Below, one piece after another: positions 1 to 9,018 of a stretch of 64,000 bases of DNA. The stretch lies in the sequence record NZ_CP110904.1; one strand, given 5' to 3'. The notes beneath the pieces are model-generated. The model did no database searches and was not told the origin of the DNA. It saw nothing but the letters and a program-made list of their open reading frames with translations. The position numbers and the translations under genes were made by a program. Each line of letters starts with the position of its first letter. Position 1 is the stretch's first letter. Origin of the DNA: a plasmid.

Positions 1-501
1 TTCGGACTGGAGCAGCTGGAGCTCAAATCCAGTGACGTTGACGAACTCGATCCGGAATACCACCAGCAATTCCAGGCTATATACCCGGAGCTGTCCATGT
101 TGTCCCCGGCCGCTATCCAGAGAGCCTATGACGAGTACTGTGAATCGATGTGGGAATACCCTGAGAGGTGCGACGGATTTCTTTATCACCTTATTGGCAG
201 TACCGTCAGTTCGAATGTGTCCCGCGACAACCCGGAAAAAACAGGAAGACTCATCGCACACGCATGGCTGACAGGAGCCTCGGTTGAGGATGCCTATCGT
301 TTTGGCTCAGAGGCTCAGCAGTTCGATACCGCTCTTTCTGGGCTGGCGTATCAGGTATCCGTGGCCATGAAATTTGTTGCCGGTGATTCTGCGGCCGCAG
401 GAAATGAAGGCCATCCGATCAGCACACTTTCCGATACCTTCCGTCAGATGAGAAAAGTAAGTAGTACCCTCCTGACGGCCACACAGAACGGCCGGAAATG
501 A
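1..501 (+). CDS. hypothetical protein, 5'-partial (reading frame open to window start)
   Basis: Frame 1 is open from nt 1 to the stop at 499-501; the ORF-track ATG at 97 is internal. No family recognised. Confidence 0.4.
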   Translation, partial: FGLEQLELKSSDVDELDPEYHQQFQAIYPELSMLSPAAIQRAYDEYCESMWEYPERCDGFLYHLIGSTVSSNVSRDNPEKTGRLIAHAWLTGASVEDAYRFGSEAQQFDTALSGLAYQVSVAMKFVAGDSAAAGNEGHPISTLSDTFRQMRKVSSTLLTATQNGRK

Positions 502-516
502 TAAGCACTAACCAAT

Positions 517-696
517 ATGGATTCTAACAAAAAGCACGATGAATACGTCGACTGGCTCATTGAGCAGGCAGACGATCATGAAATAAATGCCATCAGCTCA
601 GGACTCAGAGATGCGTGGGAACTTTGTACGACCTTTCTGGCCTGTGTTTTGCTCGGCAGTGGGATGGTTCTTGCCTGCTTAAATATCACTCAGTAG
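517..696 (+). CDS. small protein (59 aa) with hydrophobic C-terminal helix
   Basis: ATG at 517 to TAG at 694-696 (MDSNKKHDEYVDWLIEQ...LACVLLGSGMVLACLNITQ). Below the ORF-track cutoff. Sits between two plus-strand genes. Confidence 0.3.
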   Translation: MDSNKKHDEYVDWLIEQADDHEINAISSGLRDAWELCTTFLACVLLGSGMVLACLNITQ

Positions 697-745
697 GGAA
701 ATCTGATGACAACTCAAATTGAAGTTATGACGGTCGCTGAGCTGC

Positions 746-1405
746 ATGCTCAACTACAACAGCTGGTGGATGATTGGCTCGGAGATATTCCGGTATGTGC
801 GACAGATCTCCGCGCCCGGTAACGGTACCGGCGGCGACATTTTTCCGGTGAAAACCCAGCAGGACTACCGTGCCGCCTACCGTAAGCTCGAAGCGGATGG
901 ATATGCACCGGCCGTTATCGAACAAATGACCACAGGCGCTGCCTACAATCTGGCTTATCCACGAATCCCGTTAAAACGCTCTGAGAACGCCACCAGCGAA
1001 CGGAAGCGAAAACCTGACGTGGACATTCAGGGAGAGCCTTGCGAGCGCTTTGTGACCCAGCGGAGCGGCGCAGCGCAGACAAAATTCAAGAATCTCCTTG
1101 TTGAGAATTTCGCGGGTCGGTGTGCGGTCACGGGATGGGTTAATGGTGGTGTGCTGGTAGCGGCTCATATCGAGCATGGGACGCGCTACAACCCTTCGAA
1201 CGGCATCCTGTTGACGCCGACAATGCACGCGCTGTTTGACGCGGATCTGATGGGTATAGACCCGTCCACACTCACCGTTCATTTTAAACCGGGCATCGAG
1301 GCGGGAGAGCTGTTTGAAGGCAAAACGCTCAACCCGTTGGTGTATGACCTGGATACAGACCGGCTGGCTGCTCGCTGGGCTGATTTCCTCGGTACCGAGG
1401 AATAG
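746..1405 (+). CDS. HNH endonuclease-motif protein (HNH_2/PF13391-like: CAVTG...AAHIEH...NGILL...HALFD)
   Basis: 219-aa ORF with a C-terminal HNH signature. An alternative upstream start at 706 (AGGGA SD) lies in another frame and stops at 822, so a frameshifted or pseudogenised N-terminus is possible. Confidence 0.6.
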   Translation: MLNYNSWWMIGSEIFRYVRQISAPGNGTGGDIFPVKTQQDYRAAYRKLEADGYAPAVIEQMTTGAAYNLAYPRIPLKRSENATSERKRKPDVDIQGEPCERFVTQRSGAAQTKFKNLLVENFAGRCAVTGWVNGGVLVAAHIEHGTRYNPSNGILLTPTMHALFDADLMGIDPSTLTVHFKPGIEAGELFEGKTLNPLVYDLDTDRLAARWADFLGTEE

Positions 1406-1519
1406 ATGGAAAATCCAGCCTATACCGGATGACAGTGTTTCCTGGTTAGGCACCTCATTCTGAGATGTGCTGACTGCACGCCACCATTTTATTGAAAACC
1501 GACAGAGTTGATACCACTA

Positions 1520-1927
1520 ATGCCAAATTACCTTACGGGATATTTAAAAGCGACCATTGTTATTTTATCTGCGGGCCTGTCAGGTTGCGACCTGGCAAAT
1601 GGTGCGACGGAAAGTGGAGTGTATCAGAAATACACGAATGGACCTTTCAGGGAGCCGACTATCGTGATGAGTCCGGGCTGGCGAATGGATGACCACGGCA
1701 AGGAAGCACTTATATTCGGGAGCAGCCAATGCCCAGATGCTAACGGCAACACTACGTCTGAGGGCGGTTGCGTCCTCATTGAGAATCACTCTGAGACTGT
1801 CGCGGTCATCGTTGTTGATGCGACAAAGCAATTCCGACGCCAGGAAACATGGACGATTGAACATAAAAAGGATCGGACCATTGTGATGCGCCCGGATAAC
1901 AGTTATGTGATGCCCTGGGTAAAATAG
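1520..1927 (+). CDS. putative lipoprotein
   Basis: N-terminus MPNYLTGYLKATIVILSAGLSGC has a signal peptide and an L-S-G-C lipobox. Confidence 0.5.
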   Translation: MPNYLTGYLKATIVILSAGLSGCDLANGATESGVYQKYTNGPFREPTIVMSPGWRMDDHGKEALIFGSSQCPDANGNTTSEGGCVLIENHSETVAVIVVDATKQFRRQETWTIEHKKDRTIVMRPDNSYVMPWVK

Positions 1928-1959
1928 CCAATTAAGTTAATCAAATTAGGATTCATACT

Positions 1960-2163
1960 ATGGGCATTCAAGATTTGGTTGGAAAAGAAAGAGAGCTGAT
2001 CGTCGTCGCACTACTGGCCCTGCATCGTGAACGCGTTAATAGTTTTAATTCAGCTTGCACGGCATGTTCATTAGCGGGGAAAGAATGGCCGGAACAGGAA
2101 ATGTTTGGTATTAACGAAGTAATGAATGCCCTCCGCATGGTTGGTGCTTTGCCTGTGAGATAA
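1960..2163 (+). CDS. hypothetical small protein (67 aa)
   Basis: ORF with AGGA 11 nt upstream of the ATG. Same strand as its neighbours. Confidence 0.3.
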   Translation: MGIQDLVGKERELIVVALLALHRERVNSFNSACTACSLAGKEWPEQEMFGINEVMNALRMVGALPVR

Positions 2164-2318
2164 TGAGACCTGCTAGCTTCGCATCTGGCTGATTGATTGC
2201 CTGACCTATAACGGATTTCATGAGTTTTGAAGAGATTCTGATGTGGACGCCGTGAACAGGCCTCTTAGCGACGAGGGCTCGTTTTTATGACTAGGCGTGG
2301 ACGCCAGTGCCAACCTGA

Positions 2319-3260
2319 ATGAACAATGGGATGCAAACCGGAAACAACATGAACACCAGAGTGAATAAGCCTCAACCCGTCAGGCTTCGCCCTGTCTTCC
2401 AGAAACTGGAAGAGCTGGGGTTAACAGGGGAAATTATTTCCATTCGCACGGACGGGAAAACTGGAACCTTAACTCCAGACCTGAAGCCTGGTATCTTCAA
2501 AACGGGTCCCTGCCAAACGAAACGGATCATGACCGGCAACTGGGTTATCGCTGACTCAAGGGACTACTTTGAACATGTTGTTCTGTGTGTTGAGCGTCCA
2601 GACGGAGCCTATGACATATTCACCGGCTCTTTCATAAAATTATATCCGGTTGAAAACTGCAAAAGCAAAATCGTCGAAATGAGTAACCCTGTCCTGGTGG
2701 GCATGACTTACTCCATCCGGAAGGTTTTTAATGGAGGAAAGTTCAGTCGGCGAGGAATTGCCTATCTCTCGATCCCCGCAGTAACATCAACAAAAGTAAC
2801 TTTTCCTTCCCGAACGTATCAGGAGGGGCAGGAACAAATCACAATGTCGAGCCCGGACCAGGCACCATTTTCCGAAGATGTCCGGAAAAACTGCGCCGGT
2901 ACGTGTGTTCTTACCGGCGTTCGAGCCAGACAAAGAACTGAGGCAGCGCACATTAAACCCCGTCATGCTGGTGGTGAGCCGGATGTGACAAACGGGATTC
3001 TACTGCGAAGTGACATCCACACCCTCTTTGACAATTGGCACTTTTCAATCGACCCTGATTCAATGAAAGCCCGTTTCAGCCCGGATGTGCTCTCCGTCGA
3101 TAAAGACTTGCTACAACTGGAAGGCAAGCAAATTGATTTTTCCCGCTTGCAAATGCCTATCAATATTGAATACCTGCGACATCACTGGAACGAATTTTTT
3201 AACCGTCATGGCAATCCATTCAGAAAGAAAGAGCCAAATAATAAAAATCAACAATTATGA
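2319..3260 (+). CDS. HNH_2-type nuclease-domain protein with unknown N-terminal domain
   Basis: C-terminal motif CVLTG...EAAHIKP...NGILL...HTLFD is paralogous to the 746-1405 HNH region. Alternative starts at 2331 and 2349. Confidence 0.6.
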   Translation: MNNGMQTGNNMNTRVNKPQPVRLRPVFQKLEELGLTGEIISIRTDGKTGTLTPDLKPGIFKTGPCQTKRIMTGNWVIADSRDYFEHVVLCVERPDGAYDIFTGSFIKLYPVENCKSKIVEMSNPVLVGMTYSIRKVFNGGKFSRRGIAYLSIPAVTSTKVTFPSRTYQEGQEQITMSSPDQAPFSEDVRKNCAGTCVLTGVRARQRTEAAHIKPRHAGGEPDVTNGILLRSDIHTLFDNWHFSIDPDSMKARFSPDVLSVDKDLLQLEGKQIDFSRLQMPINIEYLRHHWNEFFNRHGNPFRKKEPNNKNQQL

Positions 3261-3285
3261 AAAACGCCCAGTTAGCAGCAACATG

Positions 3286-3303
3286 CACTATGAGGCTATG
3301 TTA
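3286..3303. repeat. 18-bp repeat copy 1 ATGAGGCTATGTTAGCCT (internal palindrome AGGCTA-n3-TAGCCT)
   Basis: Exact 18-mer recurs at 3682-3699; the two copies bracket the small ORF 3390-3644. Confidence 0.6.
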
Positions 3304-3389
3304 GCCTAATGGCATTCTTATTTGATAAAGCTTGCTACAAGAAGTTTTGTCAATGTTCAACCTGTTTATCAAACCTATGGAGATTATTT

Positions 3390-3644
3390 ATGACTGGGAG
3401 TGGTATGAATACTGTACGCATAAACAATGAAGTGAAACACATCTCAGAGTTAGATTCCGAGACCCTTTCTCTTGAATGGAATAAACTGAAAAACGAAAAT
3501 AACGAACTGTATCGCTGCATAAAGGAAGCAAATTCTGGTTGGCGAGGTTTTGTCCTTCGTTTGATAGGGGTTCATCTGCCTGATGGTAAAACAATTGTCA
3601 TTCATGGTGTTAGCACTAAAAATGAATCTACTCACACTGAATAA
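3390..3644 (+). CDS. hypothetical small protein
   Basis: ATG at 3390 preceded by GGAG; the ORF-track ORF 3309-3644 contains it. No family recognised. Confidence 0.35.
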   Translation: MTGSGMNTVRINNEVKHISELDSETLSLEWNKLKNENNELYRCIKEANSGWRGFVLRLIGVHLPDGKTIVIHGVSTKNESTHTE

Positions 3645-3681
3645 TACACAATAGAAAAACTGTTAGTATCAAAGATCACAA

Positions 3682-3699
3682 TGAGGCTATGTTAGCCTT
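3682..3699. repeat. 18-bp repeat copy 2 ATGAGGCTATGTTAGCCT
   Basis: Identical to 3286-3303. Confidence 0.6.
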
Positions 3700-3755
3700 C
3701 GAACATTCACAAGAACTAAGAAATTCAAATGGCTTACGTTCAATTCGAGGTAAAA

Positions 3756-4040
3756 ATGATGGCAGATATCAATGACTCTTATTATGCTCGTAACGAAAAG
3801 TGGATTAGGCCAGCACTGATTGCTTTTATATTTGCATTTGGCAATAGTCTCGGTGATATTCTCGGGGTTGCGAGCCCCATAGTTTCCACAGCAAGTATGT
3901 GGTTGGCTGCAATTGCGTTTATTATCACTGGTGTAATGGTGATGTTTACAGATACGATTTCAGCACATATTTTAAAATTGTTGGCGGTCGTGGCACTGTT
4001 AGGGGCAGTCATCACTTTAGTGATTCGCTATTTCACATAG
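3756..4040 (+). CDS. small integral membrane protein (about 3 TM segments)
   Basis: GAGGT SD 5 nt before ATGATG at 3756. Hydrophobic stretches include IAFIFAFG, AAIAFIITGVMVMF and LLAVVALLGAVITLVI. Confidence 0.45.
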   Translation: MMADINDSYYARNEKWIRPALIAFIFAFGNSLGDILGVASPIVSTASMWLAAIAFIITGVMVMFTDTISAHILKLLAVVALLGAVITLVIRYFT

Positions 4041-4320
4041 AATCCCTCAATGAATGCACCGCTTGCACGCTTTCTGAGTTATTGTTTCCCTTTATAAACG
4101 TCGGCTTATGTATAGCGTTCATCTGCACAACGGGGACGTTGAGTGAATGAGAACTGCCGGATTGCGTTCCTGCATTACCACAATCAGAGATCCTGGTTGT
4201 GGTTTCTAAGAAAATTCTGAATATCGGTTCATGAGACCGGTGGTTACAACTTGTAATATATTAGACTTAGCTTTTGATTCATATATTTGTACTATACCCA
4301 CATCATTTATATGGATGTAG

Positions 4321-5133
<813 letters not shown>

Positions 5134-5134
<1 letters not shown>

Positions 5135-5349
5135 AGGCGGTCACATTCATAACAATGACGCTACAAGGCGGTCATACTCATAATATTCCAATCAAAAGCG
5201 GTCGTTTTCATAAGTGCAGCCTATTCTGAGGGCTTTACGCCGTTTAAATGAGCCGAGTTTTATGAACGCAGCGATATCTTATCTGTGATCAAGTTATGAA
5301 AGTAACCGCCTGTTATGAATGCTCCCGCCCATTTATGATAGTGACCGCT
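5134..5349. repeat. iteron-like array: three direct and three inverted copies of ~17-19 bp (A)AGGCGGTCAnnTTCATAA
   Basis: Direct copies at 5134-5152, 5165-5183 and 5194-5212, spaced 29-31 bp apart. Inverted copies at 5294-5310, 5313-5329 and 5333-5349. Confidence 0.6.
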
Positions 5350-5420
5350 TTCCGTTGGATGTTAGTTATCTACACGAAACAGATATTAAGTTAGCTAAGC
5401 CATTTTTATCGTGAACAGGG

Positions 5421-6188
5421 CTAACGATTGCCGCGCAGAAGCTGCAGCGCATCCTGCGTATCGAGTGAGAACCGGACCTGCTGACTGGCGGCCACATCGA
5501 GCGCAAATATCTTTGTGTACACTTCCGTTGATTCAAACTTCTTGTGCCCCATCAGGACCTGCAGAACCTTCGGGTGAACATGGCCATATAAAAGGTGCAT
5601 TGCGAAGCTGTGTCTGAACGTATGCGGGCTGACCGGAATACTGAATCTCACGCCGTCCCGTTCCGCTGCGTCGACGGCACGCTCAAGCCAGTTGCGTACT
5701 GTCCGGTCGGTAACTCCCCAGACCGGCATGGCCCGATGTTCACCTATTAGCTTGTCGTCCTCGAATCTTTCCCGCGTGCTCGCAAATAGCCGACGCATTT
5801 CATCCACGTATCCGGGGTCTGACAGCGGGATCACCCGGTTCGCACTTTTTTCCTTTTTCGGGCGACCGCCAGCTGTGCGGCGTTGTTTGGCCGTACGGAC
5901 CACCACGTGCGGGATCTAATCATTGAGGTGAAAGTTCCTTCTTCTGAGTGCCAGTGTTTCGTTGAGGCGTGCGCCGGTGTTCCACAGCGTGTTAATAAAG
6001 GCGTGTTGATTCCAGTCGGGTAAGTAATGCAGCAGACCAGCCACTTCCGGTGCCAGAAGGTATTTAGGCATCTCGTTATAGTGCCTGGCCATTTCCCGCA
6101 GCGAGAGAGCCCGGCCGTAGTCAAACGGTGCAGAAGTGGCAGTCACCTGCAGGGCAGGGGAGTGATGAACAAAAGCGGGCAGATTCAT
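5421..6188 (-). pseudogene. tyrosine recombinase (phage-integrase/Xer/ResD-like) interrupted by an in-frame TAG
   Basis: ORFs 5916-6188 and 5421-5906 share one frame and are separated by an amber codon (plus-strand CTA at 5916-5918). The C-terminal part has HTFRHSFAMHLL...GH...TEVYT, an R..H..Y catalytic motif. Confidence 0.7.
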
Positions 6189-6410
6189 AACGCACCTGGC
6201 GATAAGGATGCGCTACGCAAAATCTGGCCCGATAACCCCCGTTAACCGTGTCATTTTTCACCTAGCGCAATCTGGTGAAGTTCTGGTTCCATTTTCGCCG
6301 CTGCCGGCGTCGGAAACTACGGAAAAAACCCGCAGAGCCAGGATCTTACATTTTCCTGTTTCTGGAAATATACCATAAAAAGGAAAGAGATAATTTAGCA
6401 GGCTGATCAG

Positions 6411-6436
6411 AGAAGGATCCAAAATGGATCCTTTTT
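6411..6436 (+). terminator. hairpin AAGGATCC-n5-GGATCCTT followed by T5
   Basis: Perfect 8-bp stem plus T-run in the AT-rich intergenic region. No plus-strand gene ends here, so its role is unclear. Confidence 0.3.
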
Positions 6437-6721
6437 CCTTGGATGATGTGGTGATCGGGTGGTGGTAAGGCCCATATGATGTGTTCTGTGACAAACTGCC
6501 CCCGGTGAGGCAGCGCTTCCTGAAAATGGGGTTTTCGGATCCGCGCGGCGGGAAACCGGCAAAGGATATGATTATATGGAGAATATAAGAAAATCATATT
6601 TAGTGTGATATTTATCATTAAACATAAAATCATATCTGATATGATGTTTAACAATTTACGCATAAATAATACCAAGTATGATTATCCACTTAACAGGACA
6701 ATATCAGACGGAGCGTGCAGG

Positions 6722-6982
6722 ATGGATCAGGAACTGAATTTTTCACTCAGCTATGAGCAGCTTTTTCAGGAAGCGGAAGCACAGATTAAAAAATGCGATC
6801 TCCGCGAGGCTGGCCCTTACTACCTCCAGGAGCTGAACAAAGCCCGGGACTTCCTGGCTTTCTGGCACCGGCTGGCGCTGAAAGGGCAAACAGGAGCACC
6901 GGATGCCCGTTTCTATGACCGCATAGACGCCGACTGGGAGCGCCTGGACACGCTTATCCGGAACGGGAACAACGCAGCATGA
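6722..6982 (+). CDS. hypothetical protein (gene 1 of GC-rich operon)
   Basis: ATG at 6722 to TGA at 6980-6982. The stop overlaps the next start (ATGA at 6979-6982). GC is about 60%. Confidence 0.45.
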   Translation: MDQELNFSLSYEQLFQEAEAQIKKCDLREAGPYYLQELNKARDFLAFWHRLALKGQTGAPDARFYDRIDADWERLDTLIRNGNNAA

Positions 6983-8190
6983 CCACAGCCAACGCACGTC
7001 GTCCGTCACCGCTGCAGCGCCGGGTGCTGATTGTGCTGGCCGCCCTCGGTGCGAAACGTCCGGGACCGGTGGCGACAAGAGATATTGAGCGGGTGCTGGC
7101 GCAGGGCGGGGAGGCCCCGGTGTACGGGCCGAACCTCCGCGCCTCCTGCCGGCGCATGGAAGCCGCGGGCTGGCTGCGCACCCTGCGCGCCCCGAACCTG
7201 CAGCTGGCCGTTGAGCTGACGAACGCCGGCCGTGAGCTGGCCGCCCCGCTTCTCGCTGACGAACAGGCGCGCGTCCTGGCGGAACAGCGTGCAACGGCGG
7301 TCCGGGTTCTGCCCCTGGTCCCGCGCAGCCAGACAAAGGAAGCTGACGACCGCCCGGTGGAGCTCGACGGTTGCTGGCACCAGGCGTGCCGGGGCGACTA
7401 CGTTATCCGTCTTGACGGCACCACCTGCCTGCAGCTGTGGAGCGCGGCCGGGCAGGTGACGCGCCTGGAAGGTGATCCCCTGCAGGTCGCCGCCTGGCTG
7501 CAGGCCTGCCACGATGCGGGGATTGCGGTCCGGGTGCAGATCAATGAGAGCGCCGCGCCGGAGGAGGGTTCACCGGACGGTACCGCGCCGGCGGACCTGA
7601 CCGGCACCTGGTACCGCCAGCTGGACACCGCGCTGCAGGCGCTGGGGATCACCGGGCTGACTGAGGATATTCGCCTGGCCGTGGTCAGTCCGGAAGCGTC
7701 CCTGCGGATGCTGCCGGCACCGGCGCGCCTGCTGCACGTTCTGCGCGACGCGGACCCGCTCACGGCTGCCACATACGAGGAAGACACGGAGGCCGCGCTG
7801 GACGACCTGCTGGCCCGCTCGGGATTCACGGGCGACCAGGCGCAGGAGCTGCAGTGGCACCGCATCCGCTGGCCGCAGATGAGTCAGGAAGAAGCTGACC
7901 GGCGCGAGCTGAACAGCCTGCTGGATGAACTGGAACAGCGACAGCTGTACTGCAACCGCGGGCAGCTGACGGAGATTGTGTTTTCGCCGGTCCGCAAACC
8001 CGGCGAGCGCTGGACTGACCGTCTGCAGTGGCTCCTGATGACGGACGGATTCGGGTTCCGGAGTCCGCTCTCCCGTGACGCAGGCTCCCGGGCGCTGGCG
8101 ATCCTGGCCGGTTACACGGGGCAGGAGGTGGCGGAACATCTGGCCACGGTTATCGTCTGGAACGACGACAGCGCGGGGACGCCGTCATGA
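6979..8190 (+). CDS. hypothetical 403-aa protein with N-terminal winged-helix-like segment (gene 2)
   Basis: Long ORF at ~67% GC with start and stop overlaps on both sides. The N-terminus (RRVLIVLAALG...VATRDIERVLAQ) is wHTH-like. Confidence 0.55.
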   Translation: MTTANARRPSPLQRRVLIVLAALGAKRPGPVATRDIERVLAQGGEAPVYGPNLRASCRRMEAAGWLRTLRAPNLQLAVELTNAGRELAAPLLADEQARVLAEQRATAVRVLPLVPRSQTKEADDRPVELDGCWHQACRGDYVIRLDGTTCLQLWSAAGQVTRLEGDPLQVAAWLQACHDAGIAVRVQINESAAPEEGSPDGTAPADLTGTWYRQLDTALQALGITGLTEDIRLAVVSPEASLRMLPAPARLLHVLRDADPLTAATYEEDTEAALDDLLARSGFTGDQAQELQWHRIRWPQMSQEEADRRELNSLLDELEQRQLYCNRGQLTEIVFSPVRKPGERWTDRLQWLLMTDGFGFRSPLSRDAGSRALAILAGYTGQEVAEHLATVIVWNDDSAGTPS

Positions 8191-8840
8191 GCACAGGCAA
8201 CGTCCATTTGATTGTGACCTGCACGAGCCGTAAAACCGTGCCTGCAGGTGATTCGGTCTTTCCGGATGAACGTGACGTGGAGAGAGCTTACGGGCTCTGG
8301 CTTGAAAGGCTGGCGAAGGCCCGACGCGGATCGCCCTCCATGACCGCCGGCGAGCTGTATACGGGCCAGCACTGGAGCAGGGCAGCTGCAGCTGCGGCGC
8401 GGAACGGTGCCGAAATGTGGGTGATTTCAGCTGGCCTGGGGCTACTGCACGTATCAGACCCGGTGGTCCCGTATGAAGCGACGTTCTCCTCGATGCCGTT
8501 CTGCCATCGCACTCACTGGGAACGGCTGACAACGCGACCGCCTGCGGAACGGCGGTGTGCCTCCCTGAAGACGCTGATGCAGGCAGGGCCTGACGATCGG
8601 TTTGTGGTCGCCGCCTCCCCGGTGTACCTGCGCGCCGTTGAATCTGACCTGCTCGCGGGGAGGGGAGCGCTACGTACATCTGAACAGCTGCAGGTTGTCA
8701 CCTCAAAGGGTTACCAGGGGAAGCTGAAAGACAACGTCAGATACACCAGTGCGGGTATGATGAAGGCACTGAACACCAATATGACGGGGCTCAATATCAG
8801 CTATGCATCTCAGTTACTTGTTAACGACGTAAGTAAATGA
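8187..8840 (+). CDS. hypothetical 217-aa protein (gene 3); a truncated paralog lies at 57402-57665
   Basis: ATGA overlap with gene 2. Its C-terminal ~80 aa align at ~45% identity to the ORF 57402-57665 (AASPVYxxAVExDxLAGxGxL...VVTS...MM..L..NM..LNI). Confidence 0.55.
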   Translation: MSTGNVHLIVTCTSRKTVPAGDSVFPDERDVERAYGLWLERLAKARRGSPSMTAGELYTGQHWSRAAAAAARNGAEMWVISAGLGLLHVSDPVVPYEATFSSMPFCHRTHWERLTTRPPAERRCASLKTLMQAGPDDRFVVAASPVYLRAVESDLLAGRGALRTSEQLQVVTSKGYQGKLKDNVRYTSAGMMKALNTNMTGLNISYASQLLVNDVSK

Positions 8841-9018
8841 CATAAGAGTAAGCACCCTGACAGGACGTAAAACTAAAACTCGCGACTTCTTTTTTGATAT
8901 ACGTTACTCAGAAACGATATCATAGGATTTCAGGGAAATATTACGTGCTCTGCTTTCCGAAAGGCTGAACACAATCAAAACAGCCATAAAATATGTATAT
9001 GTAAGGTGCCATTATAAA

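Noticed and set aside
6346-6675. 109-aa minus-strand ORF in the AT-rich intergenic region
   Set aside because: It is low-complexity and Ile/Leu-rich from AT bias. It has no RBS and overlaps the predicted hairpin and repeats.
6743-8679. Multiple long antisense or alternate-frame ORFs inside the GC-rich operon (6743-7336, 7006-7512, 7398-7865, 7570-8139, 8185-8679 and others)
   Set aside because: They overlap each other and the coupled sense ORFs, and have no SD-like starts. Such ORFs are expected by chance at ~65% GC.
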